Virus record (IMG/VR): IMGVR_UViG_2667527770_000005
Location: 1-64,000 of that record
Source of the DNA: a virus
Lineage: Duplodnaviria > Heunggongvirae > Uroviricota > Caudoviricetes
DNA: 64,000 nt
Direction: 5' to 3' (one strand)
The translations under genes and the position numbers were made by a program. Under the pieces are notes generated by a model that made no database searches, was not told the DNA's origin, and was given only the letters and a program-made list of their open reading frames with translations. This document shows, piece by piece, positions 34,744 to 46,880 of the stretch. Position 1 is the stretch's first letter, and every line of letters begins with the position of its first letter.

Positions 34744-36302
34744 ATGAAAATGACAAGTATTCAACAACGTGCAGAGCTTCATCGTCAAATCTGGCAAATT
34801 GCTAACGATGTCAGAGGTTCGGTCGATGGATGGGATTTTAAGCAATACGTTCTGGGCGCGCTTTTCTACCGTTTTATCAGCGAAAATTTTTCCAGCTATA
34901 TTGAAGCCGGTGATGACAGCATCTGTTATGCGAAACTGGATGACAGCGTAATTACTGATGACATTAAAGACGATGCCATCAAAACCAAAGGCTACTTCAT
35001 CTACCCAAGTCAGCTTTTCTGCAACGTAGCTGCGAAAGCAAATACCAATGACAGACTGAATGCAGATTTAAACAGCATCTTCGTTGCTATCGAAAGTTCT
35101 GCTTACGGTTATCCTTCAGAAGCTGACATCAAAGGTTTGTTTGCTGATTTCGATACCACCAGTAACCGCCTGGGTAACACCGTTAAAGATAAAAATGCCC
35201 GCCTGGCTGCGGTTCTGAAAGGGGTTGAAGGGTTAAAACTTGGTGACTTCAACGAACATCAGATTGACCTGTTCGGTGATGCCTATGAGTTCCTGATTTC
35301 TAACTATGCGGCAAATGCCGGTAAGTCAGGCGGTGAGTTCTTTACACCGCAGCACGTCTCCAAGCTGATTGCACAACTGGCTATGCACGGGCAGACCAAC
35401 GTTAACAAAATCTACGACCCGGCAGCGGGTTCCGGCTCACTGTTGTTGCAGGCTAAAAAGCAGTTTGATAACCATATCATTGAAGAAGGCTTTTTCGGAC
35501 AGGAAATCAACCATACGACCTATAACCTGGCACGTATGAACATGTTTTTGCACAACATCAACTACGACAAGTTTGATATCAAGCTGGGCAATACGCTGAC
35601 TGAGCCGCACTTCAGAGATGAAAAACCGTTTGATGCCATCGTATCTAACCCACCGTATTCGGTGAAATGGATTGGCAGCGATGACCCGACGCTGATTAAC
35701 GATGAGCGTTTTGCCCCGGCTGGCGTTCTGGCCCCCAAATCCAAAGCTGACTTTGCGTTTGTATTACATGCGCTGAACTATCTTTCGGCCAAAGGTCGCG
35801 CTGCGATTGTCTGCTTCCCGGGCATTTTTTACCGTGGCGGCGCAGAGCAGAAAATCCGTCAGTATCTGGTCGATAATAACTATGTCGAAACCGTGATTTC
35901 ACTGGCTCCGAACCTGTTCTTTGGCACCACCATTGCCGTCAATATTCTGGTGTTGTCTAAACATAAAACCGATACCAAAGTTCAGTTTATTGACGCCAGC
36001 GAATTATTCAAAAAAGAGACTAACAACAATATCCTGACCGATGCCCATATCGAACAGATTATGCAGGTATTTGCCAGCAAGGAAGATGTTGCTCATCTGG
36101 CGAAATCAGTCGCGTTTGAGACTGTTGTCGCGAATGACTATAACCTGTCGGTGAGCAGTTATGTGGAAGCGAAAGATAACCGCGAAATTATCGATATTGC
36201 TGAGTTGAATGCAGAGCTGAAAACCACGGTCAGCAAAATCGACCAGTTGCGTAAAGATATTGATGCGATTGTAGCTGAAATTGAAGGCTGCGAGGTACAG
36301 AA

Positions 36303-36306
<4 letters not shown>
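34744..36306 (+). CDS. hsdM: type I R-M methyltransferase subunit HsdM (type IC, EcoR124 family)
   Basis: 520-aa ORF; AdoMet-binding region and catalytic VSNPPYS (NPPY) motif. Confidence 0.95.
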
Positions 36307-37538
<1,232 letters not shown>

Positions 37539-37659
37539 TTGACCATTGCTACCGACCGGGCCACCTTAACACCCGGTCAGTATATAGACTATTTTTTACA
37601 CGCTGGAAGTCACCATTAACGCCCTTCCGGCCCTTGCCAGACGGCACAAAGGATGCGCT

Positions 37660-40600
37660 ATGACTCATCAAACACACACCATTGCTGAATCCAATAACTT
37701 TATCGTTCTTGATAAATACATCAAAGCTGAGCAAACAGGCGACAGCTATCAGAGCGAATCGGACCTGGAACGTGAACTGATTCAGGACCTGCAAAATCAG
37801 GGCTATGAATTTATATCCGTAAAATCACAGTCAGCGATGCTGGCCAACGTTCGGGAACAGCTTCAGAGCCTCAATGGTGTGATGTTTAATGACAGCGAGT
37901 GGCGGCGTTTCACGGAGCAGTATCTGGACAACCCGAGCGATGGCATTCTGGATAAGACCCGTAAAATCCATATCGACTATATTTGCGACTTTATTTTTGA
38001 TGACGAGCGACTTGAGAACATCTATTTGATAGATAAAAAGAATCTCATGCGCAATAAGGTGCAGATTATCCAGCAGTTTGAACAGACGGGTTCTCATGCT
38101 AACCGTTATGACGTCACGATCCTGGTTAATGGCTTACCACTGGTACAAATCGAACTGAAAAAGCGCGGCGTGGCGATTCGTGAGGCTTTCAACCAGATAC
38201 ATCGTTACAGTAAAGAGAGTTTTAACAGCGAAAACTCCCTGTTTAAGTATCTGCAACTGTTTGTCATTTCTAACGGCACCGATACCCGTTATTTTGCCAA
38301 CACAACAAAGCGCGATAAAAACAGTTTTGACTTCACCATGAACTGGGCGAAATCAGACAACACGCTGATTAAAGACCTCAAAGATTTTACCGCTACCTTT
38401 TTCCAGAAACATACTCTGCTTAATGTTCTGGTGAACTACAGCGTTTTTGACAGCAGTCAGACGCTACTGGTGATGCGACCGTACCAGATTGCCGCCACCG
38501 AACGAATCTTATGGAAAATCAACAGCTCCTATAAAGCGAAAAACTGGTCTAACCCCGAAAGCGGTGGCTTTATCTGGCACACTACCGGTTCTGGTAAAAC
38601 ACTGACCAGCTTTAAAGCCGCGCGTCTGGCAACAGAACTGGACTTTATTGATAAAGTCTTCTTCGTGGTCGACAGGAAAGACCTCGATTACCAGACCATG
38701 AAGGAATACCAGCGTTTTTCGCCAGACAGCGTCAACGGCTCGGAAAATACCGCAGGTCTTAAACGAAATCTGGATAAGGACGATAACAAAATTATCGTCA
38801 CCACTATTCAGAAACTTAATAACCTGATGAAAGCAGAAAGCGACCTGCCTGTATACAATCAGCAAGTGGTGTTTATATTTGATGAATGCCACCGCAGCCA
38901 GTTTGGAGAAGCGCAGAAAAACCTGAAGAAGAAATTCAAACGCTATTATCAGTTTGGTTTTACCGGCACACCTATTTTCCCGGAAAACGCTTTAGGCTCA
39001 GAAACGACCGCCAGCGTATTTGGCCGTGAATTGCATTCGTATGTGATTACCGATGCGATTCGAGATGAAAAAGTGCTTAAATTCAAGGTGGACTACAACG
39101 ATGTGCGGCCACAGTTTAAGTCTTTAGAGACAGAAACCGACGAGAAAAAACTGAGTGCGGCTGAAAATCAGCAGGCGTTTCTTCATCCCATGCGTATACA
39201 GGAAATTACGCAATATATTCTGAATAACTTCCGCCAGAAGACCCACCGTACTTTCCCAGGTTCCAAAGGCTTTAATGCCATGCTGGCAGTGAGTAGCGTG
39301 GATGCCGCGAAAGCCTATTACGCGACGTTTAAACGGTTACAAGAGGAAGCAGCTAATAAATCGGCTACCTATAAACCGCTGCGTGTTGCGACAATCTTCT
39401 CCTTTGCCGCCAATGAAGAACAAAATGCCATTGGTGAAATTTCCGATGAAACTTTTGATACCAGCGCAATGGACAGCAGTGCTAAAGAGTTTCTTGACGC
39501 TGCAATTCGTGAGTATAACAGCTATTTTAAAACTAACTTCAGCACCGACGGTAACGGTTTTCAGAACTACTATCGCGATTTAGCCCAACGGGTTAAAAAT
39601 CAGGATATCGATCTGTTAATTGTCGTGGGGATGTTTTTAACTGGCTTCGATGCTCCAACATTGAACACGCTATTCGTCGATAAAAACCTGCGTTTTCACG
39701 GCTTGATGCAGGCATTTTCCCGCACCAACCGTATTTATGATGCAACTAAAACCTTCGGTAATATCGTCACTTTCCGGGATCTGGAACGCTCAACTATTGA
39801 TGCCATAACGCTGTTTGGTGACAAAAACACCAAAAATGTGGTTTTAGAAAAGAGTTATGCAGAGTATATGGAAGGCTTTACTGATGCTGCCACTGGTGAA
39901 GCTAAGCGCGGCTTTATGGCAGTAGTTTCAGAACTGGAACAACGGTTCCCTGACCCTGCCAGTATTGAAAGTGAAAAAGAGAAGAAAGACTTCGTTAAAC
40001 TGTTTGGTGAATACCTGCGTGCCGAGAACATCCTGCAAAACTATGATGAATTTGCCACGCTGAAAGCCCTGCAACAAATCGATCTTAGCGATCCTGTTGC
40101 GGTAGAAAAATTCAAAGCAGAACATTATGTGGATGATGAAAAATTCGCTGAATTGCAAACAATTCGTCTCCCTGCTGATCGCAAGATTCAGGATTATCGT
40201 TCTGCCTATAACGATATTCGCGACTGGCAGCGCCGTGAGAAAGAAGCTGAGAAAAAAGAGAAATCAACCACTGACTGGGATGACGTAGTTTTTGAGGTCG
40301 ATTTGCTGAAGTCTCAGGAAATAAACCTGGATTATATCCTTGGACTGATTTTCGAACACAACAGACAAAATAAAGGCAAGGGCGAAATGATCGAAGAGGT
40401 CAAACGCTTAATTCGTTCAAGCCTAGGGAACCGTGCTAAAGAGGGCCTGGTGGTCGATTTTATTCAGCAAACGAACCTGGATGATTTACCGGACAAAGCC
40501 AGCATCATTGACGCATTCTTTACGTTTGCTCAACGCGAACAGCAACGTGAAGCAGAAGCATTGATAAAAGAAGAAAATCTCAATGAAGATGCAGCAAAAC

Positions 40601-40776
40601 GCTATATTCGCACGTCTTTAAAACGCGAATATGCCACCGAAAATGGCACAGAATTAAACGAAACATTACCAAAACTTAGTCCGTTAAATCCGCAATATAA
40701 AACGAAAAAACAGGCAGTTTTCCAGAAAATCGTCTCGTTTATTGAGAAGTTTAAAGGCGTAGGCGGAAAAATATAG
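37660..40776 (+). CDS. hsdR: type I restriction endonuclease subunit HsdR
   Basis: 1038-aa ORF; PD-(D/E)xK region [13 protein letters not shown], helicase motif I TGSGKT and motif II DECH. Confidence 0.95.
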   Translation: MTHQTHTIAESNNFIVLDKYIKAEQTGDSYQSESDLERELIQDLQNQGYEFISVKSQSAMLANVREQLQSLNGVMFNDSEWRRFTEQYLDNPSDGILDKTRKIHIDYICDFIFDDERLENIYLIDKKNLMRNKVQIIQQFEQTGSHANRYDVTILVNGLPLVQIELKKRGVAIREAFNQIHRYSKESFNSENSLFKYLQLFVISNGTDTRYFANTTKRDKNSFDFTMNWAKSDNTLIKDLKDFTATFFQKHTLLNVLVNYSVFDSSQTLLVMRPYQIAATERILWKINSSYKAKNWSNPESGGFIWHTTGSGKTLTSFKAARLATELDFIDKVFFVVDRKDLDYQTMKEYQRFSPDSVNGSENTAGLKRNLDKDDNKIIVTTIQKLNNLMKAESDLPVYNQQVVFIFDECHRSQFGEAQKNLKKKFKRYYQFGFTGTPIFPENALGSETTASVFGRELHSYVITDAIRDEKVLKFKVDYNDVRPQFKSLETETDEKKLSAAENQQAFLHPMRIQEITQYILNNFRQKTHRTFPGSKGFNAMLAVSSVDAAKAYYATFKRLQEEAANKSATYKPLRVATIFSFAANEEQNAIGEISDETFDTSAMDSSAKEFLDAAIREYNSYFKTNFSTDGNGFQNYYRDLAQRVKNQDIDLLIVVGMFLTGFDAPTLNTLFVDKNLRFHGLMQAFSRTNRIYDATKTFGNIVTFRDLERSTIDAITLFGDKNTKNVVLEKSYAEYMEGFTDAATGEAKRGFMAVVSELEQRFPDPASIESEKEKKDFVKLFGEYLRAENILQNYDEFATLKALQQIDLSDPVAVEKFKAEHYVDDEKFAELQTIRLPADRKIQDYRSAYNDIRDWQRREKEAEKKEKSTTDWDDVVFEVDLLKSQEINLDYILGLIFEHNRQNKGKGEMIEEVKRLIRSSLGNRAKEGLVVDFIQQTNLDDLPDKASIIDAFFTFAQREQQREAEALIKEENLNEDAAKRYIRTSLKREYATENGTELNETLPKLSPLNPQYKTKKQAVFQKIVSFIEKFKGVGGKI

Positions 40777-40855
40777 CCCAATTCGTGTTTTTCTTGCGGG
40801 TTCTTAATTAAACCCGCAAGAGACCGTGGGGTTCCAAATGGCTAATATACTCCCC

Positions 40856-40942
40856 TTACCCATGCGCGACAATGCTGCCAAAAGTGATAGAGAACAGCCA
40901 GAAATAGATCGCGGCCATAATGATTTTGAATGCCGTGTTCAT
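40856..40942 (-). CDS. candidate 28-aa hydrophobic peptide
   Basis: ATG preceded by AGGAG at 7 nt; MNTAFKIIMAAIYFWLFSITFGSIVAHG; lies inside the hsdR 3' untranslated region on the opposite strand, downstream of a C1 operator. Confidence 0.35.
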   Translation of the reverse strand: MNTAFKIIMAAIYFWLFSITFGSIVAHG

Positions 40943-40970
40943 ATCTTCAGCTCCTGTGATTGATTGGATA

Positions 40971-41003
40971 CATGCCGCGCCCCTTGCGGCATGTTTTTAT
41001 TTT
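40971..41003 (+). terminator. rho-independent terminator of hsdR transcript
   Basis: CATGCCGC-GCCCCTT-GCGGCATG followed by TTTTTATTTT. Confidence 0.7.
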
Positions 41004-41026
41004 CACCTTCTCTGTTTTAAAGATCA

Positions 41027-41043
41027 AGATTTATTAGAGCAAT
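41027..41043. promoter_or_regulatory. C1 operator (16/17, reverse)
   Basis: AGATTTATTAGAGCAAT. Confidence 0.6.
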
Positions 41044-41549
41044 TATTGCTGATGAAGAAGCGCGTTTTCATACTCCCTGACCATTAACGTAAGCACGCCG
41101 TGACGCCTGAAAACACGCGCCACTTCAATCTTATCTTCCAGCGCGAACGCAATTTTACTTAGACCAATTTTCTTCAGGAGATCAATCTTTGCTGGACCGT
41201 CATTTCTGTCATCGGTGGCAGGACGCATAGATAGCAAAGGCTCAGCCCCATTTGTTACGTGCTTACGCAACCAGGCTCGTGTTTTATCCCTGGCTATCTC
41301 ACAGCGCCCGGTTACAAACCAGAGGGTGTAAATGCCGGACAACTGGCGCACCATATCAATAACTGGAGTGATGGGAGCATCAGTGTCACAGGCAAGGTTA
41401 AACTCGTTCCAGTGCTCTGTTAATGCACCTTTGCCAGGTGGTGGAAGTAAATGCAGCCTGTCTTCCGTTGCCTCTGATATCGTCCCATCAATATCTACTA
41501 TGACGATGTACGGACGTTCCTGGTGTGCGTGTTTATTGAAAATACTCAA
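41043..41549 (-). CDS. HAD-superfamily phosphatase-like protein
   Basis: 168-aa ORF; motif I VIVDIDGTIS (DxDGT); TTG start with GAGGAGGG RBS. Confidence 0.6.
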   Translation of the reverse strand: MSIFNKHAHQERPYIVIVDIDGTISEATEDRLHLLPPPGKGALTEHWNEFNLACDTDAPITPVIDMVRQLSGIYTLWFVTGRCEIARDKTRAWLRKHVTNGAEPLLSMRPATDDRNDGPAKIDLLKKIGLSKIAFALEDKIEVARVFRRHGVLTLMVREYENALLHQQ

Positions 41550-41568
41550 ATGCCCTCCTCATTGGACG

Positions 41569-41600
41569 AAAAAAATGCTGGTGGGAGCACTCCACCAGCA
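41569..41600 (-). terminator. rho-independent terminator after the 420-aa gene
   Basis: 9-bp stem TGCTGGTGG/CCACCAGCA followed on the minus strand by a 7-U tract. Confidence 0.6.
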
Positions 41601-41621
41601 TTAAAAGTGACACTGTAACTA

Positions 41622-42884
41622 TCAGCGAACGTAAATAGTGCCGCCGTTCTCTTTTTCCCATGCATCGCTACGTGCATAGCAAACATCGAGAAGTCTTCTT
41701 GCCGCAGTTTCCTCTAAACCCAATTCGACAACCAACTGCTCATGACGGCGGGTAACCACATCAAACAGGGTATGCAACCCTTTAGTTGCCAGATCATCAA
41801 TGAATTCCGGTTCGAACGGCAGCTCTGCATCTGCCAACATAACCTCTTGCGCCCACTCAACTCGACGGACCAATTCCGGGCGGCGGCTTTCCATCTCTTT
41901 ACAGATCAATTCATGGAAGAACTCTACCCAACCTTCCGGCTGGAACTCGCGGAAAATTGCCAACGGCTGGAAGTTTGGCATCAACCATTCGTTGATTCGG
42001 ATATCAATGGCATAGCCCATGTCGCAGCAGAACTGATAAGCAAAGTCCAGCTTAGAAACGATATAAGGACGCTCGTTATTGAACTCTTTAGGCGATGAGA
42101 TCCCATAAGCCAGGAGGCGCGGGAAGAAGGAGATTTGCCCTAACGTCGGATGAAGTTTGCTTGCAGGGAAACGGCGCTCAGTAATGCCATACATTTCCTT
42201 CTTGAGCGTCGCAAATTTGGCATTCTCATTAACCAGCGCGGTAACCTCTGCTTTTTTATTAGCAAATGCCACGCGCGCTTCGCTTGCATCTTTAATAGTT
42301 TTTTTGAGCTGTTGGTTAAGGTCGGCGACCTGCTTACGCAGTTCCTGTCGCTCGCTTTTAGCTTTGTTATAGCGTTTCTCAAGGTTAAAAGGATCAAGTT
42401 TCATGATCTCTTTATATTGAGATTTTAGCGTTGAAATCTGTGAGTTCCGCAGTTCAACCATCGCGGTCATTTCATTGAGTTTTGTTTCCAGCTCAATGCT
42501 TATACGTTCGGCATTATCAGCACGCTGGTTGGCGTCATGCGTCGCATCATCGATCGCGTCCTGTTGCTGGCGTTTCAAATGTTCAATTTGTAGCTGAAGC
42601 TCTTCAATTTCTTTACCCTTCAGACCGAGATCCAACTGCATATTTTCAGCTGCATCTACCAGGGAGTTATGGCTATCAGCTTCTGCGTTATAAACATCAA
42701 TAAGCTGTGCGTGAAGCATCTCCGCTGACTGAACCGCATTATCAAAAAAACGCGCTGTGAGGTCATCACAACTAACGCGGCGTTGCGCGGCCCGGATGTT
42801 CTGGATAATGGCCGGGATACCGGCATTCAGGACATCAGGGATAGATACATTTTCGATTGATTGGTTTTGTGCTGAAGTGCTCAT
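41622..42884 (-). CDS. coiled-coil protein with uncharacterised C-terminal domain
   Basis: 420-aa ORF; about 200 aa of heptad-rich sequence then a globular C-terminus; translationally coupled to the upstream 72-aa ORF. Confidence 0.55.
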   Translation of the reverse strand: MSTSAQNQSIENVSIPDVLNAGIPAIIQNIRAAQRRVSCDDLTARFFDNAVQSAEMLHAQLIDVYNAEADSHNSLVDAAENMQLDLGLKGKEIEELQLQIEHLKRQQQDAIDDATHDANQRADNAERISIELETKLNEMTAMVELRNSQISTLKSQYKEIMKLDPFNLEKRYNKAKSERQELRKQVADLNQQLKKTIKDASEARVAFANKKAEVTALVNENAKFATLKKEMYGITERRFPASKLHPTLGQISFFPRLLAYGISSPKEFNNERPYIVSKLDFAYQFCCDMGYAIDIRINEWLMPNFQPLAIFREFQPEGWVEFFHELICKEMESRRPELVRRVEWAQEVMLADAELPFEPEFIDDLATKGLHTLFDVVTRRHEQLVVELGLEETAARRLLDVCYARSDAWEKENGGTIYVR

Positions 42885-42885
42885 T

Positions 42886-43104
42886 TCAAAGTTCCGTATT
42901 AGCTTGTGCTTCGGTCATTTTTCCTAAGTATGAAGGAGGAAGGACTACGCAATTTGTATCCAGTCCCTCACCTATGGCAGCCTGTAAAATTCTGGCTAAG
43001 GTGAGTCTCTTGTTGCGATACCTGGTGATGACATGCCTGATACCGCCGGTCGGCGTAACAAAGGCGATCAGCCAGTAGTGATATTTCCGTCGGAATGGCC
43101 ACAT
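42886..43104 (-). CDS. small basic protein, first gene of a C1-controlled two-gene operon
   Basis: 72-aa ORF; ATG 15 bp downstream of a C1 operator. Confidence 0.45.
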   Translation of the reverse strand: MWPFRRKYHYWLIAFVTPTGGIRHVITRYRNKRLTLARILQAAIGEGLDTNCVVLPPSYLGKMTEAQANTEL

Positions 43105-43118
43105 AGTGCACCTTGTAT

Positions 43119-43135
43119 ATTGCTCTAATAAAAAA
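43119..43135. promoter_or_regulatory. C1 operator-like site (14/17, forward)
   Basis: ATTGCTCTAATAAAAAA. Confidence 0.55.
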
Positions 43136-43167
43136 CGTGATGAGTGTACATCACGTTTTAAAAATAT

Positions 43168-43184
43168 GGAATTATTAGAGCAAT
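43168..43184. promoter_or_regulatory. C1 operator-like site (14/17, reverse)
   Basis: GGAATTATTAGAGCAAT; together with 43119-43135 flanks palindrome AAAACGTGATG-N7-CATCACGTTTT. Confidence 0.55.
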
Positions 43185-43185
43185 A

Positions 43186-43887
43186 TTATTCTGATTCTCG
43201 CTCAAAAAATGAGCTGATAAGGGGAAGCCAATCCTCTGACACTTCGCGAGGTCGCGGTTTGCCGTGGAAAAAGATTATTCGGCAGTCTTTTGGTAATGCC
43301 CCATTCCCCCTGGAGTAACGCGCGCTCGCATATTTTGAACCAGGTTCCACAACATCGGCCTTGTAACTTACAAACCATCCTGGATACAGATCCTGAAATG
43401 CTGGTGTATCATCGCCCATAACCTTTCGTAAGAACCCCTGGTCACCCCAACACTCAGTAGTGACACAACGAGAAATCCAACCTTCCGGATCTTGCCAGAA
43501 TGAACTCCAGATATGCGCTTTAACACTATTTGGTATCCACAGGGCACCGCTGCCACGATATTGTGGATGGTAAAAATCCCTAAGCATGGTGAAGCTGGTT
43601 GGTGGATGCTCTAGGATTGGGCGTATATCACCGGCAATAACCGTGTCCAAATCCAGATAGAACAGATCATCGGTTATATCCGGTCGGAACAACTCGATTT
43701 TCGCCCACCAGCCACGGCACTTTTGCCACTGGTTGATCAATGGGACAACTTTGACGCCAGGTACATGTAAACGCTTCAGGTCTGTCAGGCAAATAATTTC
43801 ATAGCCTTTTGGCAGTTGATTAACCAGCCACTGCACATCGGAAGCGTTATAGTCACCACCAGAGCGAAAAACTAAAGCAATCTTCAT
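43186..43887 (-). CDS. putative nucleotide-sugar transferase-like protein (weak)
   Basis: 233-aa ORF with DLD (DxD-like) motif. Confidence 0.4.
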   Translation of the reverse strand: MKIALVFRSGGDYNASDVQWLVNQLPKGYEIICLTDLKRLHVPGVKVVPLINQWQKCRGWWAKIELFRPDITDDLFYLDLDTVIAGDIRPILEHPPTSFTMLRDFYHPQYRGSGALWIPNSVKAHIWSSFWQDPEGWISRCVTTECWGDQGFLRKVMGDDTPAFQDLYPGWFVSYKADVVEPGSKYASARYSRGNGALPKDCRIIFFHGKPRPREVSEDWLPLISSFFERESE

Positions 43888-44576
43888 GCTGCACCATCAC
43901 CTTTCACTTTCATCAATGTCAGGTTTCCGCAAAATACGGCACCAGTGTCGATATACTGCTGATTCCAGAATGTCTTCGGGCTTTTCACCGGAGTGTGACC
44001 AAAGATAAAACGATCTGCGCCCGAAATTTCGCCACCAATATCATCCATCGAATCACTGATACGCTCGCGCGCCCAGACAACGTTGAAAAGCGGCACCTCC
44101 TTACCGAATTGGTATTCATTATCCGGATAGTCGGCATGGGCTATAACGATAGTTTCTTGCCCGGTGTTCAACTCAATGATATAGGGCAGACGCTTTACCA
44201 GCTCCACCAGCGCCCAGGCTAATATTTCCTGATCAGTGTCCAGCATGAAGAACCATTGTCCGCCATTCATTAGCCAGTTATTCACGTTGCCATCTGGACT
44301 TAACGCATCAATCATCAGCCGCTCATGGTTCCCCATCACTGCCCTGAACCAGGGCATCTGCAATAGTTCCAGACATTCGACATTTTCAGTACCGCGATCG
44401 ATAAGGTCGCCGACCGATATCAGTAAATCCTGCGCCGGGTCAAAATCCACACGATGGAGTTCGGACATCAGTCTGGTGTAGCAACCATGCAGATCACCAA
44501 CAACCCAGACATTCCTGTATTTGGTACCGTCGATACGGTGATAAATTGTGGGTGCCATCATGTATTCTTCAGCCAT
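43884..44576 (-). CDS. Ser/Thr protein phosphatase (lambda PPase / calcineurin-like metallophosphatase)
   Basis: 230-aa ORF; GDLHG, GDLIDRG, GNHE metallophosphatase motifs. Confidence 0.85.
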   Translation of the reverse strand: MAEEYMMAPTIYHRIDGTKYRNVWVVGDLHGCYTRLMSELHRVDFDPAQDLLISVGDLIDRGTENVECLELLQMPWFRAVMGNHERLMIDALSPDGNVNNWLMNGGQWFFMLDTDQEILAWALVELVKRLPYIIELNTGQETIVIAHADYPDNEYQFGKEVPLFNVVWARERISDSMDDIGGEISGADRFIFGHTPVKSPKTFWNQQYIDTGAVFCGNLTLMKVKGDGAA

Positions 44577-45184
44577 TCTTTAAGAGTCATCTGCGGAATA
44601 CCTCCCATTTTCCCGCATGAAACAACGTCAATCCGTTCACGCGCAGACTGGAATAACAAAGGCAGGTGACTTAGATTTTTTGGCGTGCCGCCGGAGTGAA
44701 CGCGTGGTTCTTGTGTAGCGTCAACGCCCACCAGGGCGACATGTTTGAATCCGATATGGAAAGCCAGGTTCAGAGCGCCATATGCACTATTGCCGCTGGC
44801 AATTTCATTCTCATCTTCGCAAAGTCCGAAATGTGCGGACCAGCGCCACGCCCACCACTCGGGAGAATTCGTATTTTTTGGCTCCATGCCACGTTCAGCC
44901 ACACGACGGAAGCACAGAACGCCGTCTCTGACTTCACGTTCTTTAACATCGGGTAGTGCCATGCAATAACAAACACCACGGCGACGGCGGCCACGACCAA
45001 CGCGCCGCATATTGTCTGGCGATGGATCAAGTGTGAAAAAATAAGAAGCGCGGTTCAGCCAGTCGATGACCCCATTGACCGCTATAATCGGCACTCCGCG
45101 CGGCGCAACAAAGTTTGCGGCGCTTGGGCCACTGCCGACGATAATAACGCGATCACTGCCTCTAAATTTATTCTTGGGAAACAT
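44558..45184 (-). CDS. Rossmann-fold transferase-like protein (paralogue A), GT42/Cst-II-like signature
   Basis: 208-aa ORF; [10 protein letters not shown] ... IIAVNG ... [28 protein letters not shown]. Confidence 0.5.
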   Translation of the reverse strand: MFPKNKFRGSDRVIIVGSGPSAANFVAPRGVPIIAVNGVIDWLNRASYFFTLDPSPDNMRRVGRGRRRRGVCYCMALPDVKEREVRDGVLCFRRVAERGMEPKNTNSPEWWAWRWSAHFGLCEDENEIASGNSAYGALNLAFHIGFKHVALVGVDATQEPRVHSGGTPKNLSHLPLLFQSARERIDVVSCGKMGGIPQMTLKEWLKNT

Positions 45185-45744
45185 TGAATTGCACTGCTCC
45201 TACTTGCATTCAAAATATGTAAATCTGCGTGTTTTTTGCGGGTATCCAGGAACTGCTGTTGCCATTTTGAAATAGACACCTGCGTTGGATTCCGTAGGGC
45301 TTGAGGGTGCGCGCCATGCCAATGAAGGCCGTTTTGCAGAGAACAGTCATAGCCGACTAATACAACTACTTCAGCCCCTGATTCAGCCGCCAGACTGATA
45401 GCCTGCGCGCCGCTATTAACCCCTTCAGCCGGTCCACAATATCGCCTGTACTCCAACGAAAATGATTTCGCCGCCGCCAGGTTGGCTGTCACTTTGCGGA
45501 ATCTCCCTCCCGGTATGGTGGATCCGTATTGCTTCCACCATGACAAATCACCGGCGTATAAGGCATAAATGTCATCGAACATCTGCCAGGAATTGTTAAC
45601 CGCGATGATTGAACAGCCAGTTTTTTCTATAGCAGCACAGTCCTCACGAGTGAGTGACGGACCGCTACCGACACAAAAAACAGTTCTAGTCGCCCTGGGT
45701 GGTATGTTCATTCTCAGCTGCAAATTCAGCCTCCAGGCGAGCAT
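45082..45744 (-). CDS. Rossmann-fold transferase-like protein (paralogue B)
   Basis: 220-aa ORF; FCVGSGPSL ... IIAVNN ... SGAQAISLAAESGAEVVVLVGYDCS; paralogous to 44558..45184. Confidence 0.5.
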   Translation of the reverse strand: MLAWRLNLQLRMNIPPRATRTVFCVGSGPSLTREDCAAIEKTGCSIIAVNNSWQMFDDIYALYAGDLSWWKQYGSTIPGGRFRKVTANLAAAKSFSLEYRRYCGPAEGVNSGAQAISLAAESGAEVVVLVGYDCSLQNGLHWHGAHPQALRNPTQVSISKWQQQFLDTRKKHADLHILNASRSSAIQCFPRINLEAVIALLSSAVAQAPQTLLRRAECRL

Positions 45745-45883
45745 TCATTTCAGCGATTACCGGGTCCACTACAGCATCTGCTTCCTGTTCATTACGCGGC
45801 ATGATCGATGCCAGCGATTCATAATTAGCCTTGGATGACACGATTATTCTCCCGATGTTAATGTGCGCTGTATCAAAGAACAC
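45686..45883 (-). CDS. hypothetical small protein
   Basis: 65-aa ORF in operon context. Confidence 0.3.
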   Translation of the reverse strand: MFFDTAHINIGRIIVSSKANYESLASIMPRNEQEADAVVDPVIAEMNARLEAEFAAENEHTTQGD

Positions 45884-45907
45884 ATATGCACTAATTAATT
45901 TATTATT

Positions 45908-46486
45908 TCACGTAGCGTACAACCACTTGTCACCGTTCAATACATGCTCAATAGCCTCACCCTTTTTAAGGCTCATGTATTCCAGGATGGCGGTTATCGC
46001 TTGTTCTGCACCATACGCAAGAACGACGTAGTAACCTTCCTCTCTAAGCCTGCGCATCCAGGCGATCTGCCCTTGCGTCGGGGCTTTACCATTTGGTTCT
46101 TTAAGCTCAATTCGCATGCCGTGATAAATACCGCATGCTTTATCGAGACTCATGTCCGGATAACCTTTTTTCTGCCCTTCAGCCTTCATTTTCCCGGCGG
46201 TTGCTTTTGAACGTTTCCCTCCGTTAGGCGTTGCATGCAACAGCTCATAGATGTCAGGGTGCTTGCGTTCGAAGTAATCAAAAATGAAAACCTGCTCGAA
46301 GTGCTCGCAATTTCCGTCGCGCAGGTCTGGGTTCTTTGCCAGTGCTGCAAGTGCCTTCGCATGTGGAGAAACTTCTTTTACCGGCGCAAGCGATAAGAAT
46401 GGATCCTTTTTGGTTTTTGGCCTGGACCGCCCCTTATTTCGACGCTCACTAAAAGCCTGAAACTCTTCCTCAGTAAAGCGCAACAT
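45908..46486 (-). CDS. VRR-NUC domain nuclease
   Basis: 192-aa ORF; GYPDMSL ... HGMRIELK (PD-ExK) pattern. Confidence 0.65.
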   Translation of the reverse strand: MLRFTEEEFQAFSERRNKGRSRPKTKKDPFLSLAPVKEVSPHAKALAALAKNPDLRDGNCEHFEQVFIFDYFERKHPDIYELLHATPNGGKRSKATAGKMKAEGQKKGYPDMSLDKACGIYHGMRIELKEPNGKAPTQGQIAWMRRLREEGYYVVLAYGAEQAITAILEYMSLKKGEAIEHVLNGDKWLYAT

Positions 46487-46488
46487 AA

Positions 46489-46734
46489 TCAGTCAAATCC
46501 TGCCGGTCGCATGCCATATTTACGCTGTTTTGCGGCCTGCTCTTCCCTGTACCATTGCGCACACTCAGCGTCACAATAGATGCCTGATTCAATCGGTTCA
46601 TTGCAGTAACGACACTTCCCTGTAAATACCTGACTCACGACCTGTGCCTGCTTTCTGATGTTATCGATGGCCATGTCTTTGAGAGCTTCTAACTGATTCA
46701 TGCTCAGCTCTGCATCATCAACACGCTCTGCCAA
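46489..46734 (-). CDS. zinc-ribbon protein
   Basis: 81-aa ORF; CRYC-N9-CDAEC. Confidence 0.55.
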   Translation of the reverse strand: MAERVDDAELSMNQLEALKDMAIDNIRKQAQVVSQVFTGKCRYCNEPIESGIYCDAECAQWYREEQAAKQRKYGMRPAGFD

Positions 46735-46791
46735 TTTTGTTTCCTCATGAAGAACCTACTTAAGGGCAGAATGATACATTTCACAACCAAA

Positions 46792-46808
46792 ATTGCACTA
46801 ATAATTTT
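46792..46808. promoter_or_regulatory. C1 operator-like site (15/17) in divergent promoter region
   Basis: ATTGCACTAATAATTTT. Confidence 0.5.
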
Positions 46809-46880
46809 CTTTTATTGAGTTAAATAATCAACAAATGACTAGCGGTAGAATCACCATCATCTATTTCTGTCAGGCTGACT

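Noticed and set aside
40793-40820. Hairpin CTTGCGGGTT-N8-AACCCGCAAG right after hsdR as its terminator
   Set aside because: No U-tract follows on either strand; the canonical terminator with U-tract is at 40971-41003. This hairpin may be an RNA stability or processing element instead.
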